Assembly: GCA_033442325.1 (NCBI GenBank)
Contig: JAWQFM010000005.1
Span: 728,987 to 792,986 of the forward strand
Direction: 5' to 3'
Origin: Salpingoeca rosetta
Lineage: Eukaryota; Protista; Choanoflagellata
DNA length: 64,000 bases
In this document: positions 1 to 21,363 of the stretch, one piece after another
Layout of the letters: every line of letters starts with the position of its first letter
How positions within the stretch are numbered: position 1 is the stretch's first letter
Notes under the pieces: model-generated
What the model was told of the DNA's origin: nothing
What the model saw: the letters and a program-made list of their open reading frames with translations, nothing else
Databases searched by the model: none
Translations under genes and position numbers: made by a program

Positions 1-305
1 GCAGCAGCGCGCCTGGCTCATGCACTGGTCCCTCTTCATCTTCTTCTTCGGCGACAACGGAGAGGTGTCGTTATTTCCTCCTCACTCGCATGTGATTCTC
101 GTTGGGCATGTCGTGGTGTGGTCGTTGTATCCGTTGTCGCGTTATGTGTGTGCGTGTGCAACACGTTGTTGCTTTGTATCTTGTTCCTCAACACACTGCA
201 GATATCAATCTGGTGTACACTTGTGTGGTTTTGTTTAATTGTCTTCACCTGCCGCTCACCCATGGTCGTTGCCCTCCTCCATCTGTGGTTTTTTGCCTCT
301 CGACA

Positions 306-336
<31 letters not shown>

Positions 337-1526
337 TTCTCTGTCTCTCTCTGTGTGTCTCTCCCCCCTCCTTATGTGTGTCTCTCTCTTCCCCCTCACC
401 AACATCTTGTCGTTGTGTGCAGTCGATTCGCATCTCGCACCTCCTTGAGAAGTTCCTCCCCAAGTCTGGCGAGCGCGACCAGGAGAAGAACGAGTTTATC
501 GGCGCCATCCAGACCATGTGCCCGCACCTGCTGCGCTACTTTGCCGTCGTTGCCGTCATCACCTGCCCGAAGCGCCCAGACTCGCGCGACGCCATCCGCG
601 ACATTGTGCGCATGATCCGCCACAAGACGGCCAAGTTCTCCGACCCCATCACCCAGCTCCTCGAGTGCATCTACATCGACTTTGACTTTGACAAGGCCCT
701 CGAGCTCCTCAGCGCCTGCGAGAAGGTGCGCCCTGCTTTGTCTGCTGCTGTCGTAGTATGTGTTTGAACGTGGGTGGTTGCGAACGTGGGTGGTTGCGAA
801 CTGTCGTCAAGCGTGCTGGCGCCGTTGTTGGTCGAGCACGCCCATGCTCTTCCTGTTCATTGCACAGCGGTGCGTCTGCATTCAACACACACAGAGGCAG
901 CACGGAGTTTCCTCGTGCCCAGCTTAACACACACACACACACAATACTAATGCCTCTTTCGTTGTGCTGCTTCAGGTGCTTGACTTGGACTTCTTCCTCA
1001 CGACGTACCGCACAGACTTTGTCGAGTCGGCCTCGAAACTCATCTTTGAGGTCTACTGCAAGATCCACAGCAGCATCAGCATCCAGTAAGTCGCAGCAGC
1101 AGCAGCAGCAGTAACAGCAGCCTTGCTCCCTATGCAGCGCGGGCCTGTGGTCTCCCTTGTATGTCAATGTGTGTGTGTGTCTGAAAGTTTGTGTGTGTGT
1201 GTTTTTTTTTTTTAACTTTTATTTTATTTGTGCTTGATACTCACTGTTGCGAAACACGTGCTGTCTTGCCATGCCCGTCTTTCTCCCCGACCCCTTCTTG
1301 TGTGCAGGTTTGTCGCTGAGCGCCTGAGCAAGACAGCGAGCGAGGCGGAAAAGTGGATTGTGGACTTGATTCAGTCGGCCGATCTCAGCGCCCGCATCGA
1401 GCAAGCAGAGGTGCGTGCTCTCGGCCATCACACGGCTGCGGTGCCTCCATATGCACAAACCCGTGTTGTGGGGTGTTGTGGGGGGGGGGGGGTGCTGTTC
1501 GGTGTGTGCATGCGCGAGCGTTCAAC

Positions 1527-1573
<47 letters not shown>

Positions 1574-1995
1574 GGACTTCTGACTTGTTTGTTGACCGTC
1601 TTCTTATGTCTTGGCTTTGATGTGTATGGGTTGCAGGGTTATGTGAAGATGCTTCACGAGCCACAGAGCACATACGACCAAGTTCTCGACTCCACCCGCA
1701 GCATTCCTCTCAGAACGTACGCTTTGCTCGCTCTCTCGTCATGGCATGTTGATTTGAACAACTGCATTCACGCAACGAAGCTACATATTCATCCACAGAC
1801 GCAGACAGACAGTCAGACAGACACGCCCTGCCGTCTTGTCTCAACGTTGCTGTGCAACCCATCATGTCAAATCTCACACGTCAACTGCCGTGCATTGCAT
1901 TGCATTGTGTTCACGCTGTCAGGCGCGCGTTGCTCGACAACTTCCACCGCCGCGGTACACGCAAGCCTCACAACAAGAAGAAGCAGGACAAGTGA
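1..1995 (+). CDS. EIF3E: Eukaryotic translation initiation factor 3 subunit E (INT6), 5'-truncated by window edge; exons ~1-64, 423-725, 976-1085, 1308-1410, 1637-1716, 1923-1995
   Basis: Motifs QQRAWLMHWSLFIFF, AIQTMCPHLLRY, DPITQLLECIYIDFDFDKA, FVESARELIFEVYCKIH-like PCI segment, AEKWIVDLIQSADLSARI; GT-AG junctions in phase; stop TGA at 1993-1995. Confidence 0.93.
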
Positions 1996-2953
1996 ACTGG
2001 ACCGCCTGTTGACGTGTCGCTTGTACACACGTACGCTCTCGACCCGTGTAAGGACAGGGCCCATGTATTTCTCCGTCCCCCAACCAACCCCCCCCCCCCC
2101 TTCCTCCGTTTCCACTGCCCAAAGTGACCTACGACCACTGCCAACCACCACTCTTTTTACCGGACCTCTCCCCCAACAATTGTCGATCCTTGCCCTCCCC
2201 ATCCACCACATGCATATGATTACTCCCTGCAGCTAGTATCGTGCACCCCACCTCTCCCTGTCTCCGATTGATGTGTGTTTACGTGTGTGGCTGCTTTTGC
2301 AGTCCGATGACGACGACGATGATGATGCTGATGATGATGATTGTGTAATTGGTGTTAGGAGGCGTGCCGTGAACTGGTGCATTGGCCCGTGGTTATTGTC
2401 CCTCTCCCCCCTTGTCATCGTTGTGTGTGTGTGCCTCTTCGTTGCCACTCGCGTGTGTTGTGTATGCCAGTGCTTGTGTTTGTGCGTCGTTGGTGGGTCG
2501 TACCCCCAAGTCGTTTATCATGTGTGTTGTGTGTGTGTGTGTGTGCGTGTTTGCGCGTGTGCGTGTTTGCGCGTGCACGCGTATGATTGTGGCTGTGCGA
2601 AGCAGAAGAATAAAGCAGAGTCGAGTTAATGTAACTGAGGCGACGAGCCGCAAGTCAGTTGGCGAGCGGAGACGTGGACAGATGGGATGTGTACACAGAC
2701 AGACACACCGCACAAACAAAGCAAGAAAAGTAGCCAAGCTTGATCACTCGTAGTTGTTTGAGTCAACGCATAGAAGCGTGCGTGGTACAGCCACGCAAAG
2801 CAAGCATGTGGCTGTGGTAAGGGGTTTGAAACAAGTGTTGAATGCAAATAGCGATGGAACAAGCATAGAGGGTTGTTGTTGTGAAGTCCTTGGTATCAAA
2901 CAAAAGAGAAGAAGGAGACTCGAAGCAAGACGAGTTGCCAGCGAGCTGGCTGG

Positions 2954-4718
<1,765 letters not shown>

Positions 4719-5290
4719 CTTCGTTGCTGTCTGCCTTTGCTTGCGGTCAAGAAAAACACGTGGGTGGTTGTTTGTTGTGGTTTGTGCGTGCTTTCGTCTT
4801 CGTTTTGCTGGTTTGACGAAATGACAACAGTCATGTGGACCACGAGGGCACACCCATACCATGCAAGGGGGGTGGCTCAGAGAGGTGGGCGCACATGCTA
4901 AGGAAAGGGGGAACACGGCAAGGCACGGCAACTCCAAACGCAACGCAACTCAACGCAAGCAAGGCAACAAACAAAACGCAGTGAGGCAAGGAAGAGAAGC
5001 GCAAGTGAGCCGCAAAAACAGGGGAAAGGGGCGGTGGTTCATGTCAGTCGACAAGAGGTGCGCTCAGAGGTCGCTCTCGCCTGCAGCAGGACATTGTCAA
5101 GGTGTGCACGGAGGCCATGGTGAGGAGGAGGAGGAGGAGGAGGAGGAGGAGGAGGAGGAGGAGGAGGAGGAGGAGGAGGGGGGGGAGATGACAGACAAGG
5201 GCGAAACACAGCATCAAAGTACACACAGAGACATACACTCACAGACACACACGCACACAAGAGCCAAGATGCAAACAGAGCAGGTACACT

Positions 5291-5527
5291 TCACATACCA
5301 TAAAGGGCGTTTGCAAAGGAGGAGTAGTCGAGAGCACCCTCGGGACCGTCATCATATGTGCTCATGTTGGCAATGCAGTACTCGTACAGCTCAGGCGACA
5401 GCTCACGTTGCAGATCGGCAGCAAGCACATACGGTTGGCCTGCACGGGCAGTACGTGTATGCACAACAGTGGTAAGGCTTATCGTCGTTTCAATCGGTGG
5501 AACGAAACACAAAGGCGTGATGTCCCC

Positions 5528-5598
<71 letters not shown>

Positions 5599-6489
5599 AC
5601 CGTTTGAGAGGACGCGGAAGGCCTCGAGGAGCTGGTCGGCAGACTCTGCATCTGCGCTCTCCTCGACCATAAAGGCGATAAACTCGTCAAAGGAGACCTT
5701 TCCGTCGCTGTTGGGGTCAAGGCGCGCCATGATGCGGTCCCACTCGGCATCCCCACTCTCCTCAGGCACCTGCAAGGCACCACCAAATCGGAGGTGCGGG
5801 TGTGTGTGTGTGTGTGTGTATGGGCGTGAATACAGGCGATTGAGTGAACGTGACACACGCGAAACACAGGTATCAAAGTGGGGCAGCCGTTGTCAAGAAG
5901 GAGGGTGTCAAGGACCGCAAGAAACAACTCCGTACATCCACCAGACGAGCACACACAAAACAAAATGACACAAACGTGCAATGAGCGCACGGCAAGCCCT
6001 GCCACACCTGGGAGATGTTGAATTTGCCGAGGGAGAGGAGGAAGGCGCGGAACTCCTTGTGCTCGAGGAAGCCGGAGTTGTCCTTGTCCCAGTGCTGGAA
6101 CGCCTCCTTGTACTCCTTCATGTCCTCCTCCGTGATNNNNNNNNNNNNNNNNNNNNNNNNNNNNNNNNNNNNNNNNNNNNNNNNNNNNNNNNNNNNNNNN
6201 NNNNNNNNNNNNNNNNNNNNNNNNNNNNNNNNNNNNNNNNNNNNNNNNNNNNNNNNNNNNNNNNNNNNNNNNNNNNNNNNNNNNNNNNNNNNNNNNNNNN
6301 NNNNNNNNNNNNNNNNNNNNNNNNNNNNNNNNNNNNNNNNNNNNNNNNNNNNNNNNNNNNNNNNNNNNNNNNNNNNNNNNNNNNNNNNNNNNNNNNNNNN
6401 NNNNNNNNNNNNNNNNNNNNNNNNNNNNNNNNNNNNNNNNNNNNNNNNNNNNNNNNNNNNNNNNNNNNNNNNNNNNCACACACACACAC

Positions 6490-6533
<44 letters not shown>

Positions 6534-6872
6534 GCATTCAAGGACGGAAGTTGTTGGAGGAGGGGGAGGGGGGTTGGCAAATGGCATCAGAGAAACGCGC
6601 AGTGATGCTGGAAAAGGGGGAGGGGGGTCCAACCAAAACGCAACAGCAAAGCAAGACCAAGCAGAGAGACACAGCACACAGGGCAGTGGCACAGCGATGC
6701 AGGTGCGCTGTGGTGACGTGAGCACGACCGCAATGATGACTACAACGATTGAAAATAAGACGACGATGACGACGACTTACGGCGGCTTCCTCCTCGGTCT
6801 CGACGACAAATGGCTCTGTCAGCTTCTCCTTGGCCAACTCAACAAAGTTGCTGAAGGGCTGCACGCGTACAC

Positions 6873-6911
<39 letters not shown>

Positions 6912-8537
6912 TAGTGCAGGTCGTGCCGAAAAGGTGTCATGTTCATGCATTCAACAAAATACCCAACCTCAACCCTTGCCCCACCACCCACACCCACACT
7001 CACACCCGCACCCACACCGACAAGACACACGAACGAACCGGGGCCTGGCGGGCAAACTGGAGGTAGAGCTCGTCCAGGTGGCGGGCGTTGGCCTCGGCCT
7101 CGGAGAGCTTCGTCTGCCGCTCCTGCGTCAGCTGCACAAGGTGCTGCCAGTTCTCGTAGATGGTCTGCACACAAATGCGCCGCGTGGCGTTGGAGTTAGT
7201 GGTGATGTGAGAACGGAAGGGAAGACGCTGAGCAGAGGCAGAGGCAAAGGCAGGGGCAGGGGCAGGGGCAGAGGCAATTGCAATTGCGCATGTGAGTGCG
7301 CACGCCCGCGAGCGTGTGCGTGTGTTGTGTTGGCTTACGGCGTAGCGGTCGTTGACGGCGTCTGCGTTGACGTACTTGAGGTCGTCCAGCTCGTTGGCAA
7401 GCGTGCCAATCTCGTGCACGCGCTGCTCGTGTGCCGTCAGGTCGGACTGAAACGCCTCGTGCTTCTTCATCAGGGCAGACACCGTCGCCAGGTTGACGCC
7501 CGTGTAGTCGTCCGCAGACAGCATCGCGTTCTTGCCGCTCGTCCACGCCTGGTACAGGGCACAAGGGCCGGGGGAGGGGAGAGCAGTTTAGAGGGAGGGA
7601 GGTTGCGTATGACATGGAAGAGTGAACACAAAGTGCGCAGTTGAGTGTGCAGCAACACAATGCGCAAGAAAATCATTCATTCCAATGCAACGCAGGTCAC
7701 ACAGACACGCAGACACGTAGACACACACACACGCAGACACACGCACAGACACAGACACACACACCAATGACCCCAGCCCCCCCCCCAAATGTGCACATCC
7801 TTGTGTCTTTGCACACCACGCACCTCGTGGGCCTCAGCCTTGCTTGTAAAGAGGGCAGCCTTTGCTTCGGCCTGGCGCACGCGCTTGAGCTCGTCGATCA
7901 CCCACTGCAGGTGGCTCTGGTCAGCCTCCTCCATCTCCGTCCACGCCGCAGTGATGTCGGCAATCTCCTTGCTCTCCGACGCAACAAACGGTGGGCGGCC
8001 AGAGAGGCGCAGCTTCGTCTGCAGCGTGCTGTAGTGCTCCTCCAACTTGGCCCGCTCCTCAAGCTTGCCCGGCAGCTCGGACGACCGGAAGTTGTTGAGT
8101 GTCTCCAGCTTGTCCTGGCACGTCTGCACGTCGTTGATGGCTGGTCGCTCGACGAGCCAGGCGATGGTCTTCTGGATCCACTCCAGCAGCGCCGTTGCCA
8201 TGGTCTCGTACTCGGCAATCAGCCGCTCGTGCTCCCGGTTCGTCTCAAGCACCGTCGCAATCTTCTTCGCAGCAACCTCGGCCTGCCAGGCGTCAAATGT
8301 GTGTGTGTGTGTGTGTGTGTGTATGATTGGTGAGAAAGCGAGTGAGCAACATGTTAGGTTTGAGGACAGCAAGAGCGGTGTGCATTGTGCAGGGTGAGCG
8401 AGCTGCCACTTCATATCACAATAACAGCAGCAGTGATTGACACAGCACCTGGTTGAAGCTGGCAAAGCACTTGTAGTACGCGGCGACATATGTCATGATG
8501 GAGCGCTCGTCGGGCTTGATGCAGTTGACCATGTCTG

Positions 8538-8576
<39 letters not shown>

Positions 8577-9277
8577 GCAGAGAGTGCATGGTACCAGTGA
8601 GTACATGGGTTACAGAAGGCACGCAAATGAACTGCTTCCAGACACCACACACAGAGACGCACAGACGCACACGCACACACACAGACACACACACACACAC
8701 AGACACACACACACAGCAGGCATCAGCAGAGTGCATGGAGGTGGCGGACCTTCGACGTCGAGGAACTTTGGGATGTTGAGCTCCTTCTCGGCAACCTCAA
8801 ACGCCGTCGTCAGGTTCTCCCGCGGGTTGCTCTGGACAAACACAACACACATACACGCAAGGGGGCAGGGGCAGGGGTAGGTGAATGTGAGTGCGCATGT
8901 GCATGTGTATGTGAGGTTGTGAGAAAGGATGCGAGTGAGTGGGCATTGCGCACGTGCTGTTTGCTGCGTCAGAATGACACATGATCCTCAACTGAGACAC
9001 GACAGCATCAAAACAACCCAAATATATCTCCGGCATCTCGTGCCATCCCTATTTCACACGCCACGTGACACGCCTGCACTGCAAACCTTGCTGAGCTTGT
9101 CGTAGTCGATGAGGTCTGGGCGGTGGCGATGGATAAGCGCGCAAAAGGCGAGGCCGTCCTTCCAGCTCATGTGGAAGTTCTGCACCTCCACATTCGAGTA
9201 CGGCTCGGTCTTGCGCTGGCACCACAGCAGAAGCGCATCCTTGGCGTTCAGCTCTGCTCACGCGCGTATGTACACGT

Positions 9278-9338
<61 letters not shown>

Positions 9339-10445
9339 GGATGGAACAATGGTGTGGGTGAGGACAGGGAGTGATCGAAGGAAACACAGCGTTGGTAGCT
9401 GATGCCAGAGCACACGCACACACGCACACACGCACACGCACGCACACGTGCAAGGCAATTAGCGATGACGCACGGTCTTCGGAGATGTCCTGGATCTCGA
9501 AGCGAAGGATGAGCATCCAGATGAGGCCAAGGATCATCTTGAGGTTCGAGTCAACAACCTCTGTTGGCGATGAGCACGGCCAGGGCAAGCAGTCAGCCAC
9601 ACAGCGATCATGAGTCAAATGACGGGGGCAGGCACTGGCAGTCATCCACAAGAAATGAAGATCAAGAACAAGCACAACAACAAGAACAGCAACAAGAACA
9701 AAAACAACCAACCTTCTGGGCCGATGGAGCTGACGTCGACCTTCTTCTCCTGGATGAACTTCATGGCCTTGCCAACGTTCTCCACATGGTGGATCTACAC
9801 GCCAAATGTGTGTGTGTGTGTGTGTGTGTGCAAACATGAGAAGGTAAGCGGTGAAGAAGAGTTGCACAACAACGCAACACGACACTAGGCCCTCAGGTAG
9901 GGAACAAAACCAGAGAGGTGACTGTGACAAATTCAAATGCGTTTGCCGTTTGACCCCTGGCGCTCATGCACAAAACCGCACTCGCGCACGCACGCAGAGG
10001 ACACTCACCCGCATGGTGCCGCGGCTGGGCTTTGGCAGAGCCTCGTCGGAGATGATCTCGAGAAGGGCGAGGAGGTTGCGGCCATCGGAAAGGTCCTTGG
10101 CCACATCCTTCACCTCCAAGTTGCGCTTGCGCAGGTGGCTGTTGATCCAGGCAGTAAATGTCTGATCAACGGAACGACACAGTTGAACAACAATGTTGAA
10201 AACACTGTGAGAAACAAACAATGCACTGCAAGTGGGTGGCGGCACGCGGCAGATCACATATGAAAAACCTCCCCAGCACAAACACAAAACAAGACGACAG
10301 AAATCCAAAACCACAACCGAGCATGCCACTGTTCCCGCAACCACATCACACACACACACACACACACACACACCTTCTGCTGCTGGCGCTCCCATTCGTC
10401 GTTGAGCTTGCTGGGCTCGGGCTCACGCTCGGGTGGGGTGGACAT
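5291..10445 (-). CDS. ACTN: Alpha-actinin (2 CH domains, spectrin repeats, EF-hands), interrupted by an assembly gap
   Basis: [101 protein letters not shown]-hands [13 protein letters not shown] and [14 protein letters not shown]-terminal [15 protein letters not shown]. Confidence 0.96.
6137..6476. other. Assembly gap (340 N) inside alpha-actinin
   Basis: Run of N. Confidence 0.99.
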
Positions 10446-12105
10446 GGTTGCGGTTTAGCGTGCTTCCTTTGCTTGAGCTGGAAAGTTGCAAGATGAGATG
10501 CAAGTACAAAAGCGGCTCCTGTTGCGCGGATGGAAGCGATCGTGTCGATCGATCAAGCACGTACGAGTGCGAGAAGGGAGGGAAGGAGGATAAGTGAATG
10601 TCGTCAGATCATAAAAGAGGAGCAGACAAGCTCGAGGTGGCTTCGTGTACGTGCGCGTGCGAATGTTTGTGTGTGTGTGCGTGTGTGAACGTGAATGTAT
10701 GTGTGTGAATGTGAATGTGTGTGTGTATGTCTATTCTCAATGGTATCCACATATCACACCGCAAATTATGAGCAAAGCAAAAACAATTCCGCACGAGCAG
10801 TGCTTGTCGAACATGCATACATGGATGCATGAACCGAATAGTAAACAAACACACACAAAAAAAGAAACCACACACACCCACAACTCATCTCAGCAAACTC
10901 GGCCTCCCTCCTTGCAGCCTGGCACAGCCTCGACCACAACCCACTCCCATGAAGTACACCTCTTCAACCGCTGTCCTCTCCCAGCAAGCAAGCAAGCAAG
11001 CACAGCTGGGCTTGTCACTCGCTCCAGCTCACCCTCCTTCGCCTTGCTCACTCACACTTGTGCGCTGATTCGTTCGTTGGTGGACTGGATGTTCGTTGCA
11101 AGTTTTTGGTCAGCAGTGCCAGCGAGATGCCAATTTGGACGACGAAAATAAATAACCTTGGCTCGAAAATTCTTGAAAGATTTCAACATGACCTACACCT
11201 AGGTCCTCAATGGCATAGATATAGTACAACATAGGCTTGGTTTGTTGTGTGTTGTTGTTGGGAAGGAAGAAGGACAAGCCAAACGAACAAGAAAGCCAAA
11301 GCACTAAGCCAAACACCAACCCCAACCCATCTGCACGCCGCAACCAACCAACTGAGCAGGACCAGTGCGAATCGGGGAGTGGAGGGTAAGTTTCTTCTTT
11401 CCTTGCCACATCGTTCTACCTACTCGCAGGAGCAGCGAGAGGTGTGAGTGGGCCAAGAAAGCAAGCAAGGTGGGTGAGGCAAGGCACGACACACCATTCA
11501 CACTCTGACGTCAGAGGCATTTGTCTCGTGTTTGGCGGTACAGGTGACACCAAACAAACACTGCCACCGACCTGCTTTTCTTTGTTTGTTAGCTGAGGGC
11601 TTGGCAACATTCACATCATGTCACAATCGCTCACTCAACGTCACATCGCTCACTCCTTCCTCTCGCTGCAGTCACGGCCGCCGCTGCTGCTGTGGCGTGA
11701 AACGTGTTGGGTAGCGCCAGCAGCGCACAAGTGACACCCGTGTCATCGGAATTCAACCAAGAAGGTGTGTTGTGTTGTGTTGTGTTGTGTTGTGTTGTGT
11801 TGTGTTGTGTTGGGATGTGTTGCGTTGTGGTGTGTTGTGGTGTGTTGTGGTGTGTTGGGGTGCCAGGCAGACCAACCAACCCACCAACCAAGCCAAGCCG
11901 CCGCACCCAAACAATGCGCGCTCCCAATCACCGCCGTCATTGTTCTTGTCCTCTTGCTTCAGCTTCATTTGCTTGCATTATCGACGGTGCATGCGTGTGT
12001 GTGCATTGCGTGCTCGGGCCATTCACCGACGACTTACAGCTGCATCCTTCGTCTTTCTCCCCAGCCAGACAAGCAGATAGACTTTAAGCAAGCTTGCAGC
12101 AGCAT

Positions 12106-12140
<35 letters not shown>

Positions 12141-12156
12141 CACGACGACTGCGACC

Positions 12157-12933
12157 ATGATGAGCAACATGGGCCAGCAGCTGCCCCTGACGGAGACAAG
12201 CAGCAAGCTGCAACGCGGCACCGGAAGAAAAAGCATCTTGCCCACACCCCGAGCCATCCCTGGCTACCAAGGACATGTTCACGGCCTTAGGGTGCGCAGA
12301 CGTGGATGTGTGTCGTGGGATCATTTATCCGTGCGTGCATGTGTGTGCGTGCGTGCGTGCATGTGTGCGTACGTGCGTGTGTGTGTGCGTGTGCGTTGCT
12401 GTACGTGTATGCTCATATCTCCCTTTCTTGCACAACCCTGTTCTCACACCCTTGTCTCACTCACTCACTCACTCACTCACTCACTCACTCACTCACTCAC
12501 CCTCTCTCTCTCCCACTCCCCTATCCTCTCCTCTGTGCCTCCTTTGTAACCAGGACTACGATCCTGGCCGGCGGTTTGGCTCAAGCTCGTCCCATTTGCT
12601 GGCCACGCGTGCACAGGAGCAAACCGGCCGCAAGCACCAAGACCAGAGCAAGACAGTACCCACGCGGTTCTTGAAGTTTTCGCGGCCGTCTCGGCCGGCC
12701 GTGCCCATGCTGGACGTGAGCAAGGCCTCATCCTCGGCCCTCGCCAGCCTGCCATCGGAACAGCTGCAGGAAATCACCCTTGCCCAGCGCGAAGAAAGGT
12801 ACATGCGTGTGTTTATGTGTGTTTGTGTGCATGTGTGCATGTGTGTATATGTGTGTGTTCATGTGTTCATGTGTGTTTGCATGTGTGTGCATGTGTGCAT
12901 GTGTTCATGTGTGTGTGTATGTGTGTATGCGTG

Positions 12934-12992
<59 letters not shown>

Positions 12993-13051
12993 CTCCGGCT
13001 GACATCACCTCTTTCTACAATGTGGTCTCATCAAGCACGTCAACCCTGCTC

Positions 13052-13082
<31 letters not shown>

Positions 13083-14085
13083 ACATACACACATGCACAC
13101 ACACACACACATACACACATACACACATACACACATACACACATACACACATACACACACACGCACACACACAAAACCTCCCCCGCCCCTTGCCGTTTCA
13201 CAGCCGCGACTGTGCGTATCGAGGCAACATGGTGCCCGGATACAGCGGGCATGTTCCTCGACTGCGTGATCGTGTGGCGCAGCCCTTTGGCAACGCCACC
13301 GCAGACGCCATCTCTGACTTTGACAAGCACCGCGTGCGCACACGCGCGCGTCAGCAGTTTTCGCGCTCTGCACCCTTGAAGCAGCCCCTGCAAGCCAGCC
13401 ACCGCGAGACGAGAAGCGCAGAGGCGCTGGCGTTCGAGTCCAACAAAAACCTGTCCTCGTACAACGCAGCATTCACGGAGCGCACGCCGTACAGCCGCAA
13501 GGCGGGTGCCATCCCAGGCACGACGGTGCATGTTCCCTTCCAGCAGCACACGTCCCTTGGCCGCACATACCAGGAGGCTGTGAAGGAGAGCGCCAAGGCC
13601 CTCCGTGCCAGCCGTCCCGGCTCGCACTACAGCTCCAGAGACGCCACCCTCTCCCAAATAGCCCGGTGTGTCATGCTTGTGCGTTTGTGCGTGTGTGCAT
13701 ATATATGTGTGTACGTGTGTATGTGTAGGTGTGCATGTATGTGTATGTGCATGTATGTGCATGTATGTGTGTGTCCGTACGTGCGCGCGTGTGTGTATGC
13801 ATGTGTGTGTATGCATGCATATGTGTGTGTGTGTGTCAAAAAGTGACACAGGCAGAGGAGAGAGAACCCGCACACTGCGTGGGCGTGTCCATATTTTGTT
13901 TTGTGTGCCCCACACGTCTTGTTTCAACTTGTAACCCCTGCCCCCACCAACACCCTATTCGTTTATCATGCACGTGCAGTGCACGTCAGCACCCGCCGGC
14001 CGCGCCGCAGAACAAGCCCATGTATACGCATGTGGAGAAGCGAGACTTTGTGGTGTCTCCCCGCTTTGGCTTTCACGCCAAGTGA
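12157..14085 (+). CDS. FAM166/CIMIP2-like ciliary microtubule inner protein (PGY-type repeats); exons 12157-12291, 12554-12798, 13204-13665, 13980-14085
   Basis: Three repeats: [55 protein letters not shown]; in-phase GT-AG introns. Confidence 0.7.
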
Positions 14086-15009
14086 AAGGCAACACACACA
14101 TGCCATGGACAGGAGTGCTGCCACCGCCCGTTCTTTTGGTTTCCACTCCTCCCCTATCTTGTTGTCCTCCTGACGGTGGTCCCACAATCAAGTACTTTGT
14201 CAATACCCTCTTTTCTTCAAAGTTCACCTGTCACACAGACTTGATGCACTGCGACTGTACTTCCTATCAAGGTTTGGCTTTCTGACAACCTACCACTACC
14301 GCCACCACCACCACCACAGCCACCACAAGCACAGCCACCACAATCACTTCTCTGTGTCGTTCTCTCTGAGCACAAGTTGTGCGCTGCTTGTCGACCCCTT
14401 CCCCACCACTTGCTGTTTAATGTTTCATTTATCACGTACCTACTACTCTCCAGCTTTGCTACTGTTTGAGGTTTGCTTTTTCTCTTGCGTGGTTCTGTCT
14501 CCCTCGCGTTGGTGTTGCTGTTTCTCTTCCTGCTTCACATCGCATGTCACACCACATCAGACATCACATCACGACCTTACGTTTTGTTGTGTGGGAGTTC
14601 TTTCTTTTTCTTACTATTCAACTGCTTTCGTTGTTTGTGCTCTATGTTTCTCCTGTCTTTCCATGCCTCACACAAGCCACCACACCGTGCCAAGAGCAAG
14701 CAAGCCACTGTCACAACAGACCTTGCGAACCACGCACCAGTGTGATGTGAGATGTGATGATTGTGACAATCAAAAAGACCACAAGCCACACGCAAACCAA
14801 GCGCACTCTGCGGATGATTGGTCATATGTTCAACAAATATTCTGGACTGACGACTCTGCTTGCATCAATCCAAACCACTGCATTCTCCACAACCAACAAC
14901 GAAAGAAACCACCCACTGCATCCAACAACCACAGCAAACCACCACCAAGCATCTCACCCTGCGCATTCGACCGCAAGCACACGAGCCAAGTGTTGTTGGT
15001 CTTGTGATC

Positions 15010-19145
<4,136 letters not shown>

Positions 19146-19306
19146 CTTGCTTGACTTGCTTGCTTGACTGTTGCCGTTACTTTGCTTGTGCTTGAGACTG
19201 TTTGTTACTTGATGTGAGCTGTGTGGGTTGTGTCACCATCGCCGCGTCTTTGCGTTGCATTCATCAAAATCAAAAGCCGCAAGAAGCAAGCAAGACAGCT
19301 GCAACG

Positions 19307-20836
<1,530 letters not shown>

Positions 20837-21363
20837 CGAGATGTGTGTGTGTGTGTGTGTGTGCGTGCGTGCGTGTGTGTGTGTACCTCGTTCTCTGTCC
20901 TTCGTCGTCGTTTGGCTGTGTGCTTCGTTGCTCTGTCCTCCGACTCGGTTCTGGCTGGCTGGTTGTCGTTGTTCTGGTGTATGGACGATGGTGTGTCGTG
21001 CGATGGGCCATTCCCAATGTCATAGACACAAACGAACACAAGACAAAAGGTCAACACGAAACATAGAAGAAGAGACAGTGGGCGAGCAAGCACGACATAA
21101 GAACGCAAGACAAAGCAACAGAAAGGAACAACACAACACAGGCACTGATTGCTAGGAGCAACTCAACACAGATGGAAAACAAACAAACAAGCCAGCAAGC
21201 AAACATGAAGCAGACAACACAACACAACACACTGAAGCGACGTGAGGGCGCATAAACGACATATAGGAAGAAGGCAACAGCAACAGGAATAGAAGACGTG
21301 GTAGCAGCCGCGCCAAGCACGAAAGAAGCGGGAACAGACGACACGCGTGGTCGTCGCACGGTT

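Noticed and set aside
202-212. Possible eIF3e micro-exon (AG..GT flanked)
   Set aside because: Exons ending at 64 and starting at 423 already join in phase 0; an 11-nt insert would shift the frame
11140-11240. AT-rich patch between alpha-actinin and the FAM166-like gene
   Set aside because: No supportable ncRNA or transposon structure; may simply be promoter DNA
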